Assembly (NCBI GenBank): GCA_964019335.1
Contig: OZ025660.1
Coordinates: forward strand, 682,001 to 746,000
Direction: 5' to 3'
Length of the DNA: 64,000 bases
From: Diplonema japonicum
Taxonomy: Eukaryota > Protista > Euglenozoa: Diplonemea
In this document: positions 45,934-59,032 of the stretch, piece by piece
How the letters are laid out: every line of letters begins with the position of its first letter
Position numbering within the stretch: position 1 is the stretch's first letter
Position numbers and translations under genes: made by a program
Notes under the pieces: model-generated
What the model was told of the DNA's origin: nothing
Seen by the model: the letters and a program-made list of their open reading frames with translations, nothing else
Database searches by the model: none

Positions 45934-47436
45934 CTTTATGGTGCTCTTTTTTTTTTGAGTGCTTTTCCTGTTTACAACTCATTTGTTACAAACGAAAAAA
46001 AAGAAGAGAGGAAATACAGTGAGAACGGAAGAGGAACAAATAGAGAAATATTACTGTGCCCAGAATGAACCCGAAAAACAGCAGATGGGGAGGCGTGCTC
46101 CTGGACCCTCAGAAAGCCTCCCGGAAGGGAAAAAAGTTGTCTCGATTTTAGTGGTGCCATGCAGTATGTGACACAGCGGCCACCCTTGTGAAACTTCGCC
46201 CCGAAGCCTCCCAAGTCCCCTGTGGTCCCGTAGAAAGTAAGAGTGGAGAGGTAAAGAAAGCTTGGAAATTGAAATAGGGAGAGGGGCCACAGAAGCAATT
46301 AAACACCAACTAGAGAGTTGTGGGAGGCTTGCTTCACTGGCACGATGCCGCGGGGAGGCTACTTGCCTGACCTGGTGAAGCCACCTCCTTGTTCGGTGTA
46401 ATGGGATAAGGGACTCTCCGTTGAGGGCGATGCTAACTGGCGCCACGCGTAGGGTGGGCTCTCCACCCCCGTCCAGGTTTCCCCACGTGTACGGCTTTAG
46501 AACGAGAGTTTCCCTTTCGCTTGTGTTTCTCCAAACCACAATTACCAGGAACCACCACAGGGAGGTTGGAAACATTGGTCCCCCTAAAAAAAAAAAAAAA
46601 AAAAAAAAAAACACCTCGAAGTACTTGAAAGCCTTGATATTTCTTATACCCCCTCCCCCCTGGTGATTTTTTCCCCCTGTCCAGCTTTTTTTTTTCCCGG
46701 AAATAATCTACGGTCCATACCATTAAACCACCTCTTTTTTTTTTCAAATTCAAAACTTTCTTTTGAAAAACCCATTCTGTTGTTTCGCGGGATAATCACT
46801 CTGCGATAATGGAAGAGAAAGTCGACTCCCCCCCCCCCCTCAATGTCAAAAGTGGGGAGGAAAAAAAAAAGAAGAAAACTACGAACATGACACGCGAATT
46901 TGGATCCAATGCGTCATTTGACCACCCCATGCACTTTATGATGCACTTGGAGCCGTGTCACCTTGACGTTAAAACATCGAGTTTTATTTGCTTATCATAA
47001 TTTTATTAATTTTTTTTTGAGACAAACAACGCACACGGTAACCAAATAACTTTTTTCCACTCAAGTCTGTAAGCAGAATTTCCACGCCCCCCTGCCTGTG
47101 AATATGCCAAGGATGACCCCTGTTGTCACGAAATCACAGATAGGCAGGCCAGCAAAGAGGAAGCGAAGTGAGAGAGAAGGGGAAAATAAATGCAACTTGT
47201 AAGAACTCTCATTACTCAACTGCTGCGCCACAACCACAATCACTCCTCGAAGTGCTCCCGGTTGTAGTCCCAGCCTTCAGGGTAGTCACCCATTTCTCTT
47301 AAAAGGTCTTTTTTCCTTTTCTTTTGCTATGACATCTGGAAAAAAAGTTGGAGGTTTAAGGCGACGGTGGAAAAAAGTTATTTGGTTACCGTGTACGTTG
47401 TTTTTCCCATTTTTTTTAAAAAAAAAAAGTTAGGGT

Positions 47437-48339
47437 TCAAACGCTTTCCGGGCTTTCGTTAATATTCTGCATGGATCCCGCGGCGAAGCCGAAGCTGCCA
47501 GACTGCCACTGGACGTCGCTGTTTTTCACCTTCATTTTTAGTGCTTTTTTCGCAGTCCCTTTTTTCCAGTCTGTACGGCCGATAGACGGGTCCCAACGAT
47601 AGCTTCTGATGATGAGGATGCACGAGGAGGTGTCTCGTTTTTTGAGCAGCCGTGGCTGCAGGATCGTCATGATGCAGAGCGCAGCCTTGTAAATAGCAAC
47701 CCAACCATCTTTAATAAAGGCGTCGAAGATGGTCAGTGCCTCGTCGAGAGGGGCAACGTGGAGGAATAGGGTTGAAAACCAATCCACATAGTACACAGAC
47801 GAGATCTGCAGGGCGGTGAAATGCTTCGAGAGGTGAGGTAGGTATTTAGACAGGAACGTGTCGAAGTGGTTGGTGAGTTTTTGTGGGTCGATCGACAAAA
47901 CTGTCAAAAGGGAGTATTTGGGCGCATGCAGCAACTTCAATAGTAATGGTTCAGCAGCCGCCTCTGGAAGATGTAGGAGCACCGCTGCAGCAACTTCATT
48001 CATACCTTGGACGTAGCCCTTTTCCGACATGCTGCTGACATTCACCAGTACCCTCTTTAGCATGCCTTGTTCTCGCATTGCGTCGAACCGTGCGTCTTCG
48101 GGGAATGTTCTGTCCAGATCTGCTTCGATGTAAGCCAAGTACTCCTCTTTCCTCTGTTCCCACAGGTTCCCCTTGTCCGTGTACACCTCGCCCTCAACGA
48201 CTCCCGTCCATCTGCGGCCCCTCTCCTCTAGCTGTTCAAACCCATTGGGTGTCTTCCCCATCCTCCTCACTACAAACAGCGCCAACAGCACCGCGAGGAA
48301 CCCGCAAACGCTTAATATAGAAAGGAGCATCGTGTCCAT
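47437..48339 (-). CDS. TBC/Rab-GAP domain protein with an N-terminal membrane anchor
   Basis: IEADLDRTFP, GYVQGMN and WFSTLF motifs. Confidence 0.92.
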   Translation of the reverse strand: MDTMLLSILSVCGFLAVLLALFVVRRMGKTPNGFEQLEERGRRWTGVVEGEVYTDKGNLWEQRKEEYLAYIEADLDRTFPEDARFDAMREQGMLKRVLVNVSSMSEKGYVQGMNEVAAAVLLHLPEAAAEPLLLKLLHAPKYSLLTVLSIDPQKLTNHFDTFLSKYLPHLSKHFTALQISSVYYVDWFSTLFLHVAPLDEALTIFDAFIKDGWVAIYKAALCIMTILQPRLLKKRDTSSCILIIRSYRWDPSIGRTDWKKGTAKKALKMKVKNSDVQWQSGSFGFAAGSMQNINESPESV

Positions 48340-48602
48340 TCTCTAGAGGGGTTTGAACGGACGGAGAAGAGGGGAAAAAAAAAAACAACAAACAGAACAA
48401 AAAGGGGAGGGGACTTGAAGGGGACAACATTTTTTACAGAAATGAGGGGGGGGGGGGGGGGGAAGAGAGGTAAAGGAAGAGAAACAAAGCAAAATGCAGC
48501 AGGCCCATACCACGTACAGGAGTTTGCATAGAAACCTGGGGGGGGGGGGGGGGGGGGGATCCTCTCCTCTCCTTCCTAAATGGTTTTCTTGTATGTTTGT
48601 CA

Positions 48603-49664
48603 TCAAAAATCTACAGTGCTAGGCACATAAGGCGGAGTAGCGACGAGGTGAGTGAACGCGGAGGAGGGTTCTCCTTGCTGCATGTGGGAGAGATGCGAAA
48701 GGTGATGCCGTGCATGCTCAGGAGGGAGGAGCTGCTTGACCCTGTCAAGGAGGAGGTACGAGTTGTGCAGGCTGGGGTGGCTGGGGTCAGCAGCCGCAGT
48801 GGTAGTAGTAATTGTTGTGGTGGTGGTGCTCTTCTTCCCCGCTTCGCTCCTGTACTTGCTGTCATCCTTGGCACCTCCTTCGAGCCTCCTTTCCAGGTAG
48901 TCCATGCGCTCTGTTATCCGTTTGTTCTCCTCCTTCACGCCGGCCACATCCTTCTCGCACTCCTCCAACCTGTGCAAGATAGATCTCGACAGGCCGCCCT
49001 GTCCCTCCAGCACCTTGGTTACGTCGCCTCGCAGCTCGTTCAACGTGACCTGCAGCGAGTCCATCTCCACACCCTGCGCTCTGTATGGTGGCATCGGCGA
49101 CACAGCAGGCGACCGTATGCCACGGAGGCGGTGGATGTCTTCCGAAAGACCGTCGAGCACCCCTGAGCCGGGGGACGAACGCCCCCTTTTGGGGGTCCTA
49201 TGGGTTGTACATGTGGGTGCCACGACAGGGTGGCTCTCATGCAGGAAAAGTCGCCGGAGCTTGACAGGGAGGGTGGGGTCGCAAGATGACAAGAAGTCCA
49301 GCCTGACGAGGGTGTGCGAGGGAGCAATGCCTTTCGGGATTAGCCACGTCTGTACCCCAGCACCACCCTTGCCCTCTGTGCGAAGGACGCGGTCCAAGGT
49401 GTGGAGGTCCTCCCCACATGACACGGCCACTAGGGCAGGCGAGGCTGCCTCCTGCGGGCTTTCCCAGCCTATGTACTTAAGTGTTGCGCTCCGAGGCGCG
49501 AGCTTCACCACCACGTACCCCGTGGCATCGCCACCGCACCACTCACCACCTTCGCCCTGTAGGAGCTTATCCACATCATTACTATTCCCGCTGCACTCCA
49601 CTACCCGGCATCCCATCGCGTGCGAGGCCCAGTTGGGGTTCGCGCTGCCATTCGGCTTGTCCAT
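48603..49664 (-). CDS. Hypothetical protein (discoidin/galactose-binding-like N-terminus, coiled coil)
   Basis: 353-aa ORF on the cluster strand; NWAS..GCRVVECS..DKLL..GEW. Confidence 0.72.
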   Translation of the reverse strand: MDKPNGSANPNWASHAMGCRVVECSGNSNDVDKLLQGEGGEWCGGDATGYVVVKLAPRSATLKYIGWESPQEAASPALVAVSCGEDLHTLDRVLRTEGKGGAGVQTWLIPKGIAPSHTLVRLDFLSSCDPTLPVKLRRLFLHESHPVVAPTCTTHRTPKRGRSSPGSGVLDGLSEDIHRLRGIRSPAVSPMPPYRAQGVEMDSLQVTLNELRGDVTKVLEGQGGLSRSILHRLEECEKDVAGVKEENKRITERMDYLERRLEGGAKDDSKYRSEAGKKSTTTTTITTTTAAADPSHPSLHNSYLLLDRVKQLLPPEHARHHLSHLSHMQQGEPSSAFTHLVATPPYVPSTVDF

Positions 49665-49751
49665 GTGGGGCCGCCCCCTCCTAAGGTGGTCATGGTGACA
49701 AAGAAAAAAAAGGGGGGGGGGAACAATGCGTTTTTTTCCTCTCCCCTTGTT

Positions 49752-50172
49752 TCATGTTTCCCCTGGTCCCACTGTACTCCGGAAGGTAGTCGCCTTCTTT
49801 GTCAGCTGTTTTTTTTTAATTTGAGGGGAGGGAGGGAGGGAGGGAGGGAGGGAGGGCTTTTTTTTAAAATGAGATCCCTGCAGTACCTGAATGACCTCTT
49901 TTGCGCAAATTGTTTTGCACTGGGACCATTGCACAGACCCCATCTCGTAAGCCTCCAAGCACTCCCCATCGCACTTATCACGGTAGTTTAGGATGTCATC
50001 GTGGGTGGGCACGTATCCTTTTTTATTTTATTTTTAAAAGAATCTTTGGCATACCTTTGTAAGGTTTCGCAGCAACCTGCCTGTGTTCTCGTGTTTCTGG
50101 ATCAGGCTCAATGCCTTCTATTTCCTCAACCTTTGCCTCTGGCAGCCATTGCCCCCTGAATAAATTCAGCAT
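49752..50172 (-). CDS. Small protein with CxxxC-X10-CxxxC; introns 50018-50054 and 49806-49886
   Basis: MLNLFRGQWLPE...PYKG|YVPTHDD...KCDGEC...QCKTIC..IQ|LTKK. Confidence 0.68.
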
Positions 50173-50347
50173 TTTCTTTCTCCCCCTTTCACTTGGTGGG
50201 CACTACACCCCTCCCCACCCTCCTCTCCTTTTTTGTTTTTTGTTTTGTTTTTTCGTTCGTAAGAGGGCAAAAAAAAAAAAAAAAAAGGAGGAACCCGAAG
50301 GAAAAGACAAAGACGGCAGAATGGAAGAGGGGAAGTTTCGGGGGAGG

Positions 50348-50381
<34 letters not shown>

Positions 50382-50799
50382 GGGGAATTTTTTTTCTTCT
50401 GACGTGAGGAGCATGAGATGGACTCTTGCAATACCGAAATGGATGGGAAGGGGGAGAAGTTGGAAAGAAACTAGGGGGTGCAGGGAAGGGGTGAAATTTG
50501 AGCAGGGGGAACGTGGGAGTTGGTAATGAGGGAACAGGGCTTTTTTTTTTTTTTTTTTCTCTCCTTCTTCCATTCTTTGTTCCTCATCTAGACTTTTTTT
50601 TTTCCTTTTTCTTCCCCCCTTTTTATTGCGTCAAATAATTGAGCGCCTGGCTCCACATAGCCTTCTCCCCTCCCCTCTGTGGTGAAGTGTTATTTTTTAT
50701 GGATATTCTTTTTTTTTTTTTGATTTATTTCGTTCTCATATGTAGCGAACAAGACAAGGGGGGACTTTTTTTTTTTTAAAAAAAAAAAATAAATAAATA

Positions 50800-52361
50800 C
50801 TGTAAAACGAATAATGTCGGACGGAAGAATTCTCGGACGGAAAAACTCCCGGACACCAAAAAAACCCGGACATTTTGCCGTCCGGGAGTTTTTCTGGGAA
50901 GAAGTTTTTTTACTTAAGGGGGGGATAACAGCTCCCACCACGTTTGCCTGGAAGGCCTTGTGCAGAGCCAAAATGTTTACCCTGCGTGGCAGTTTGAATT
51001 TTTCTTCCCCTTTCAATGCACCAACAAACAGCACCCACGGGATCTTTAACTTCTCTCATAAACCCGTACTTCTTTCGTCAAATTGACCAGTTCGACTACC
51101 CAAGGCACGTTGAGCAGCTGACTTGTGAGGGGCCCAACTTTGGTGCTGACACCCCGGCCAGCTCACCCCCGAGAGGTGGAGGAGATAAACTCCTTACACG
51201 GGGCCGAGAAGGCCAGTACAAACCCCCGAAAGCAGCTTGGCGGGAACAGACAGGTTCAACAGAGCCCCCAGTTTCTTCCAGACGGAAATACTGGACGTTG
51301 CTATTCCACCCTACCACACCCTGGCCGCCGCGACGCCGTGATAGCAGCGTATCGCCCAATACGGGATTTAGCATCCTTCGGGGGCTGAAAGGTTTTTGCT
51401 TGCGTCGATAGGTAAAACGGGCTTGGCGAGCCTATCCCAGCACAACAAATATGCACCTATGCGCGCCAACATCCAGCCCGAAAGACAGACCTGGTAGACT
51501 TTGGTGGGCACTGTCCTTTTCCACTGGCTAGGCTGACAAAACTTTGCAGCAAGAAAGACAAAGCCCGGAAACGAGAAGGACGAGAGGGCATGCTGTTTCT
51601 CCATGGAATTCAGGTCCATAATCGACACCCATAAAGTAAGGCCGGAATTGGTCTGGAATACCGGGTTAAAAACTAAAACGAAAAGGGGTGTTAATGTCGT
51701 AAGAGTCCGTGGCTTGGGGGACAAAACGGGCTATAACTGAACAGCTGGCTGTTTCCTTGGCTGGATGAGTTGCATCCACAACTTAAATACAAAGGCAAAG
51801 CGGAAACGCAACCGGCAGGGATTATCCGTGCCCCGGTCAAGCACCCGCCCATCGAATGGAGCCTAACGGCATCACCCAATCATTGGGCTAATTATGATAC
51901 TCGGTATCTGGGTTACGGAGCTGTTTCTTCCTTTTTGCTATAAATCATCGATTCCGGTTTTGCCGAATTCTGCTGCTTGTCGGCGACCACACCTCTCACA
52001 CGACCTATGCCTATGGGTTCGTAGAGTTTGTTCGCAGGCGCAAACGTGCACATTGCTTTTGTCCCCCTGGGCTCACCTACATGGTTCAACCGATGGATAT
52101 TGGGCATCTATTAAGAAAGGTAGTAGGCCACACGAAGGCTCGACAAGCTGATTGCCTCAGGGGCAGCAAGGGAAGACAAAGATGCAGAAAGGGAACCCTG
52201 GGGGTTTCTTCGCGCGGTTGCCGTTTGCAGCCCAGGCCAGTATGTAGGTGACGGCCTTACCTAAAAAAAATTCCCGGACGGAAAAACTTCCGGACGGAAA
52301 AATTCCCGGACGCTAAAAAAACTCGGACATTTTTTCCGTCCGGGAGTTTTTCGTTTTACAG
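50800..52361 (+). mobile_element. Decayed pogo-like Tc1/mariner DNA transposon (DDE_1 transposase pseudogene), TA target duplication
   Basis: TA-CTGTAAAACGAA ... TTCGTTTTACAG-TA. Interrupted frames give LVWNT, LHPQLKYKGK, NHW, RILLLVGDHTSH (about 51964) and QPMDIG (about 52087). Confidence 0.85.
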
Positions 52362-52421
52362 TAAGAAAAAAAAAAAAAAAAAAAAAAAAGGTCATGGGGA
52401 CATTCGTTGCGGTAAGAAAGG

Positions 52422-52464
<43 letters not shown>

Positions 52465-52754
52465 AATAAAGAAACAATATAAAAAAAAATTTTTTTTTTC
52501 TTTTCTTTTCTTTTCTTTTCTTGTGGTTTTGAGCAAGTACTTTCAAGCAAAGAGTATTAACAAAGAGAGCAAGTACTTGAGTGAGCGCCTGATCAGTCCC
52601 CAGGTGGCCTTGGACACAGTGTTGATCCCTTTCAGCACAGATATGTCACCACGAACTCCCCTTGTGTATGGGGTGTGGTACCCTATGGGGTAAGGTTGCC
52701 TCTACAAAAATAAAACAGCAAGACAACCACGGGACCGCTTAACTATACTAAGTA

Positions 52755-52833
52755 CTGTAAAACCAGCTCGCTAAAATCCGGAAAACTTAGTTGGATTTTT
52801 TTTTTTTTTTTTTTTTTTTTTATAAATTTACAG
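52755..52833. mobile_element. 79-bp MITE-like element with the same CTGTAAA termini
   Basis: TA-CTGTAAA ... TTTACAG-TA. Confidence 0.55.
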
Positions 52834-52853
52834 TACGAAAATGGTCAATTATG

Positions 52854-53006
52854 CGGTATTTGTCATTTTTTTTTTTTTTTTTTTTTTTGCTTACGAAGGA
52901 GAAAATTTAAAAAGAAAATATAAGGAATGTGCCCAGAAGAGCTGCGGCTTTGTGCCGCATGTTCCAAGTGTTATTTTTGAAGGGAAAAAAAAAATAATAA
53001 TAATAT

Positions 53007-53044
<38 letters not shown>

Positions 53045-53074
53045 TTCATTTTGTTGTTTTGTTGACAAATACCG
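52854..53074. mobile_element. MITE-like element, 12-bp TIR CGGTATTTGTCA
   Basis: CGGTATTTGTCA ... TGACAAATACCG-TA; the inverted match extends into AATTAT/ATAATT. Confidence 0.55.
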
Positions 53075-53627
53075 TATAATTAAACTAAACATATGGCAGC
53101 CTGAGAATATGACAAATAATAATAGAATAAAAAAAATTTAAAAAACATGGTTTCACTTTTTTTTTTTTTTTTTGGTTTCTTTATATAGCCCTTGAACACC
53201 TAAGAGTCAGGGAAAGGCACAGGTATATATATGCCACATTGCTCCTTTTTTTTATACCCTTTCCCCCGAATAAATATAAAAATAGCGCCAGATAAGAACA
53301 ATCAAAAATCCACAACCTGTGGGTTCAGAGTGCGAGCTAGTGTGGCTTCACTATTTTCTTTTTCTTTTTCCTTCTTGTTTTAAAAGTCTATATTATTATT
53401 TTGTCGAAGAAAAAGAGGAAAAAAAGAAAAGAGGGGAAATGGGAAAGAAACACCAGTTTAAAAACCACTTTTTTTTTTTTGCACTTAGAATATATTCTCT
53501 TTTTTTTTCTTTTTTTTCTCTCGCCACCACATAAAAAAGGGAAAAAAAGAGGGGGGGGGGGAAACGAAAAATTACCTACTAGAATATGACCATGGGGAGA
53601 TGGGACAAAAAATACGGAAAAATAAGA

Positions 53628-53662
<35 letters not shown>

Positions 53663-54893
53663 GTTTTGTTCTTTGTCGTTTTCTCTTCTTCTTTTTTTTT
53701 TCTCTCCTTTTCTTTCTTTTTTTTCCTTCCGCTTTTTCTTCGCGATAGTTTTTAGTCCCAACTTTACAACCGGATTCCATAGTTATAAATCGTGTCCTCA
53801 ACACGAAAAGAATGGCGGTTTTTAGTCATACAGCTAACTCCAGGTGGGGGGGATCCTTTGCGTGTTAACCACTCGGCTGTACCTTTTGGTGCGATAGTTT
53901 TCCTTTTTAGGTGTAGAGAAAAAAAAGTTTTTTTTGGGCTCTGTCACATGCAGGCACCTTTTCCCTCCGGTTTCTTACCGTACAACAACAAAATATATGA
54001 GTTAAAGGATGCCGGTGTTGGCGGCGCCCTGCAACTTTTGTTTACAGTACTTATAATATCTTTATAACCAAGAGAAGAATAATAATAACAAAAAAAAAAG
54101 AAAAAAAAGAGAATTCTTATTTATGTCATCCAGCAAAAAAAAAAAAAAAAAAGAAAGACCACTACCTCCTGGAGAAAAAAAAAAACCTCCTTCCTCAATA
54201 AAACACAGGGGAAAATAACAGCAAAGCAGTACTTAACAGGTAGGTAAAGTGGTTTTTTTTTTTTTTCTTCTTCTTCTTTTTTTTTTTGATTTGTTTCCAG
54301 AAGTCAATTTATAAAAGAAAAAGAAAAAAAGAAGAAGAAAAAATGATAGCGAGGTGGAGATAGGAACAAGGAAGAATAAAAAAAAAGAGACATTTTAAAA
54401 AAAAACCCCCCCAAAAAAAATTGGTGTATGAACATAATTTTGTGACCCCACAACTTTATAAAGAAGAGGGAGGGGGGATGGAGAAGGAAAAAATATGCCA
54501 CCAATATGCCACCATGTGTTTTTTCTATATAAACCACAGAGACAAAACGTGTCCGTGTTTATTTGCATGCTCTTTTTTTTTTTCTTCTTCTTTTTTTTCT
54601 CTTCCTTTTTTTTTTTCTTTTTCTTTTTTAAATCGTTGTTCCGTAATCGGTGGGATGGGAAAAAGAAAAGAAAGGGGAAACAAAAAAAAAATTTTTTTTA
54701 TATAAACCTGTTATTACGGCATTCCTGTGCCAGTCAGTTTCCAGTTAAGAGGAAAAAAAAAAAGAAAAAAAAAAAAGTAGAATGTGCCATTCTTTTTTCC
54801 CCCATGGTGCCTTTCAAGCACAGTCACCAATAAGCTAACTTTCCCCTCTTGTAAGCTTTCAGCGACAAGTTGAAGTGATTTCAGAGTGTCGTG

Positions 54894-54930
<37 letters not shown>

Positions 54931-55237
54931 TACATACCGCCCAAGCGTGAAGTCGGCCCTGACATAAGGGTCAATCATGGTGTACGCACCAGTACAATCT
55001 GCTCCTTTCGGTCCTAAAGGAAATTTAACCAGTGTCAAAATACGAAAACAGAGTTTTTTTTTTTTTTTTTGGATGAATGCGGTATGAAAGGAGGGGGGAT
55101 AAGAAAAAAAAAACATTAAAAAGAGGGGGGGGCATCTACTCTTTTCTTTTCTTTTCTTTTTAAAAATTTTTTTATTGGTTGTCGAAAAAAATTAAAAAAA
55201 AAGGGAAACAAGAAGAAATAATAAAAAAAAGCAAATA

Positions 55238-56225
55238 TTTTTTTTTTTTTTTTTTTTTTAAACTGCACCTCCCCTCAATTATACTTTCGTCACTGCAACC
55301 ACCAATTTTAAGATATTTGAAATCTGCGCTGAACATGTTGATGGAATGACTGTTCAAAGACTGTTTCTAGGTCTCTTTAGGTGCAAGCACTGAAGGATCT
55401 TCTCGAATCAGGGTAGTGTCATCTCTAGAAGGATGGGCATCCTTTTGATCACACCGTCCTCTGTCATTCGGCCACCGTCGGCGTCGGGTGCGCCCTTCCC
55501 GTCACGACCACCCGCCATGGGTATGTCTGCGTCTGCAATGCGCGGTTCGCTTCCACCGCCGCATCCCTCAGCGTGACCACCTCCAGCAGGTACCTTTGCA
55601 CCAACAGGGCCCTCGGCTTGTCTTGGCATCCCCTGGGCACTATCCCGTGGAGCGCCGTCGCATACTCTGCCTTGCCCTGCACCGCATCTCCGAGTTCGCA
55701 TCGCCGAGGGCGTGCTCCAGCACCTCGGTGTAGCTGCCGTAACGCTCCCCACACACGTCACAGAGGTGCTGCAGCGGGATGTCCGGCCCCTCCGCCACTC
55801 CCCGCACCGCAGGGTACACCGCAAACACCGCCCCAGCAATCAGCCTCCTCAACCTGTACGCCGCCATCGGGTTGTTCGCGAGCGCCTCCACCACCCGTTC
55901 GTGACCGGGTCGCCCCCCTCCGGCATGCCGCTGTAGGAGGTCCTCCCTTCTGCTTGTTCCGCTGCTGTCATGGCCCGTGCCACTTGGCGGATCTCGTGCT
56001 TGCGTTCCCGCTCGGTCGCGGTACTCAGCCCTTCCACAAAACTCCAGCTCTTCCCGATCGCCGGCAGCCATCGTCTCACTAGGGTTCCCACTGGTCCCTG
56101 GGCTTCCACCTCGCTCTGCAGGTACAGGGCGGCACACCTTCCCATCCGGTCCCACAGCTCTGCATCCGACCTACCAACCTTCACCACCGTGCACGACAGT
56201 CGATAAAGCGTCACCACCAGTGGAG
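55238..56225 (-). pseudogene. 5'-truncated, frameshifted non-LTR retrotransposon (LINE-like) 3' end
   Basis: GC-rich coding-like island across three frames with a zf-RVT-like CDVCGER..EVLEHALGD, followed by a UTR and an A-run at 55238-55259. Confidence 0.55.
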
Positions 56226-57885
56226 GTCAAAATAAAAAAAAAAAAAAAATAAATAAAAAAGAAAATAGGTTTCCTCCCGCGCCGCTTCCTTTAGAAAAGT
56301 ACTGTATTCGTCCCTAAGGGCAAAGGAAGCAAAAAAAAATTAAATGAGTTCAAGCATGTCTTTGTAAGACATCTCCTTTGAAAAAAAAGGGAAAAAAGCG
56401 AGGAAGGTGATTATTGTTTGTGCACGGCCAGGGCCCGAAGAAGGGGGGGGGGGGGGGGGGTTCACAACAATGCTACCTGTACCCTTTTTTTTTCTTTTTT
56501 TCTTTTTCTTTTTCCCCCTTAGTTCTTTTTAAGGGAAAACAATTCGTCGTCAATATACGCATTGTGGGTTTTTCTTTTTTTTTTTTAAAATCTTTTTTCT
56601 TGTTCAGGCAAAAAAAAAAGACCATTTTTTCACCGCTTTTCAAAAATCTACCTAAAACCGTGGCACAATGCCTGACGACATGAATCGGTCAAAATATTTT
56701 TTTTTTTTTTTTTTTTTTGGTGGTTCTTGCCACTGCCCAAAAAAAAGGGGTGGGGGAATTGTGAAACTAAGTCCGACGAAATCATGCGTTCACTTCTCAG
56801 ACCCAGACCCGCTCTTCAAACCCAGAAGAAAAAAAACCCCCCCCCCCGAAAGAAAATGTATGGTAAGCAAAAAAAAAGAAAAAAAAAACATTTCGCCGAC
56901 ACTTCACGCAGGGGTTTTTAGCAACAAAGGACGAGTTTCTCTCTATGTCAGCATATACTACTTGTTCTCCTGTAAACCCCCGGGCCCTCGCTTTCATTAT
57001 TGTTTATTCTTCTCTTTTTTTTTTTTTTTTTTTTTTGGTTTCCTTCTCCTTCCACCAGCCAATATAGTGCAAAATTAAATCCTATACTGTTCTGTGTTGT
57101 TTATATGGGAACAGACAAAAAAAGAATTTTTTTTTTCGAAATATGAGAGAGATCAGAGAGGGAGGGAAAAGAATATAAAAAGAAAAAAAACAATAAGAAA
57201 AACAGAAAATTTGCGGAGGAAGACTGTATGACAATAAAAAGGGAGGCAAAGGGGGGGGGGGGGGGGGAGAAAACTTCAGTAGCCACTTGAAGCAATTCTG
57301 AGATTTCTTTTTATTTTGCACGACGTTCTAAAAGCGAGAGTCAAACAAATAAAAAAAAACTTCAGTGTGCACATTCAGGGGCGTTTCACTGTTTGGAAAA
57401 AAAAAAGAAAAAAAAAGGGGGGGGGGAAAGGAAAAAAGAGGGGTTATCAATAAAATAGTCTCATATTCCCTCTCCTCTGATTTTTCTCTCGACTTGTATA
57501 ATGGGATGGGGGCAGGGATGAAAATAAGGGAAGAAGGGGAAAAAAACAAAAAGAAAAAATAGGGAAAACAAAAAAAACAAAAACAAAACAAAAAATGATG
57601 AGAGAGGGGAAATAATCAGCGCCCACAGAGGGGAGGGAAGAGGAGAAGAAAAAAAAAATTATATAGCGCACGAGCTACTACAACCCTCTTCGTGATTTCT
57701 TTTTTTTTTAATTATTTCCAGCTTTTTTTTTCTTTTTTTTTTGTTTGCAAAAAAAAAAAAAAGAGAGGAATTATAATATCATGGTTTGCCTTATTGTTGT
57801 TGTTAATTATTCGTTTTTTTTCTCGTTTTTTCCTGCATTTTCGCCCCTTCTTTTTTTTTTCCCCACGTACACATCTCCAATGTGT

Positions 57886-57931
<46 letters not shown>

Positions 57932-58244
57932 AATGCACTTCGGCCATGAGAGAAGTACCGGAATACTGGGGTGGAACACACGTTGCAAGTTTACTTAAAG
58001 CTACTATTCCCCCTTTTTCCCGCAATTAACACATTTGGAGAAATGACGCACGAGGATATTTCCTACCCCCCCCCCTCCCCTCTTTTTTTTTTGAAATGTG
58101 AGGGAGGAAGAGGTGTCACAATAGGGGGGGTTTTTTCTTCTTTTTTTGTTCTTAGTTTTTTATTTTTTATTTTAAAAAAAAAAAAATATATATATATGGA
58201 CAAATTAGAGGATGGGGGCGGGAGAGAGGAAATAGAAAAAAAAG

Positions 58245-58276
<32 letters not shown>

Positions 58277-58278
<2 letters not shown>

Positions 58279-58978
58279 AAACACTCTCAGCCCCTGGTAG
58301 CCTCTCGTGAATGAAAGCGCATTTGTCATCCAGCCAACATTTTCCTTTTTCATAGTGCCGGCAAACCTTGGTTTTCCTGTTTGCGCAAGACTTCGCTGCA
58401 GAATTCTCTGCGGCGATAAATTTTGCACGATGGGTGTTGGCAGTCGCACTATCACCCTGCGCTGCACAATCTTCCGCACTTTTCTCCCTCTTTGCTTTCG
58501 TGGAGACGGAGATAGGGGGTATCTTCGATGGTACCAAGGCCGTGTCGTGGATGAACCCACAGCTGTCCCCCAGCCAGCATCCAGCATGGGTGGCAAAGTG
58601 CCTACACAATCGTGTTCCCTTCTTCTCCGTAATAAGCTTCTTCACTGCATTTTCTGAACGTTGCCTTCTTACCTCCAAGGACACGGCGTCGCCGTGCCTG
58701 TGTGTTACTGGTGCCTGTTGGTACTTTAGCATAAGCAGTTTGTCTATCTTGTCTGAGCCCACTAGCGCTGCGGCGGCATCGTCCTCTGACGGGTACCTGT
58801 TCTTTACTTCCTTCATCAACCTCCTCATGTGTGGTTTTTTCAACCCCAGCTCCAAGAGGTCCTCCTCTGTCGCTGTGATCAGATCATCCGCCGTCGCGTA
58901 GCCCTCCTCCGCCATAATGGAGATGTACTCCTCCAGGTGGATACTCCCAAGCACACGCTGCACCTGTTGTGGTTGTTA

Positions 58979-59032
<54 letters not shown>

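Noticed and set aside
46051-46614. 187-aa ORF or structured RNAs in a GC-balanced island
   Set aside because: No recognisable motif and the hairpins lack consistent AGA-box geometry; left unassigned.
47085-47135. U6-like CAAGGATGAC
   Set aside because: No ACAGAG box or surrounding U6 sequence.
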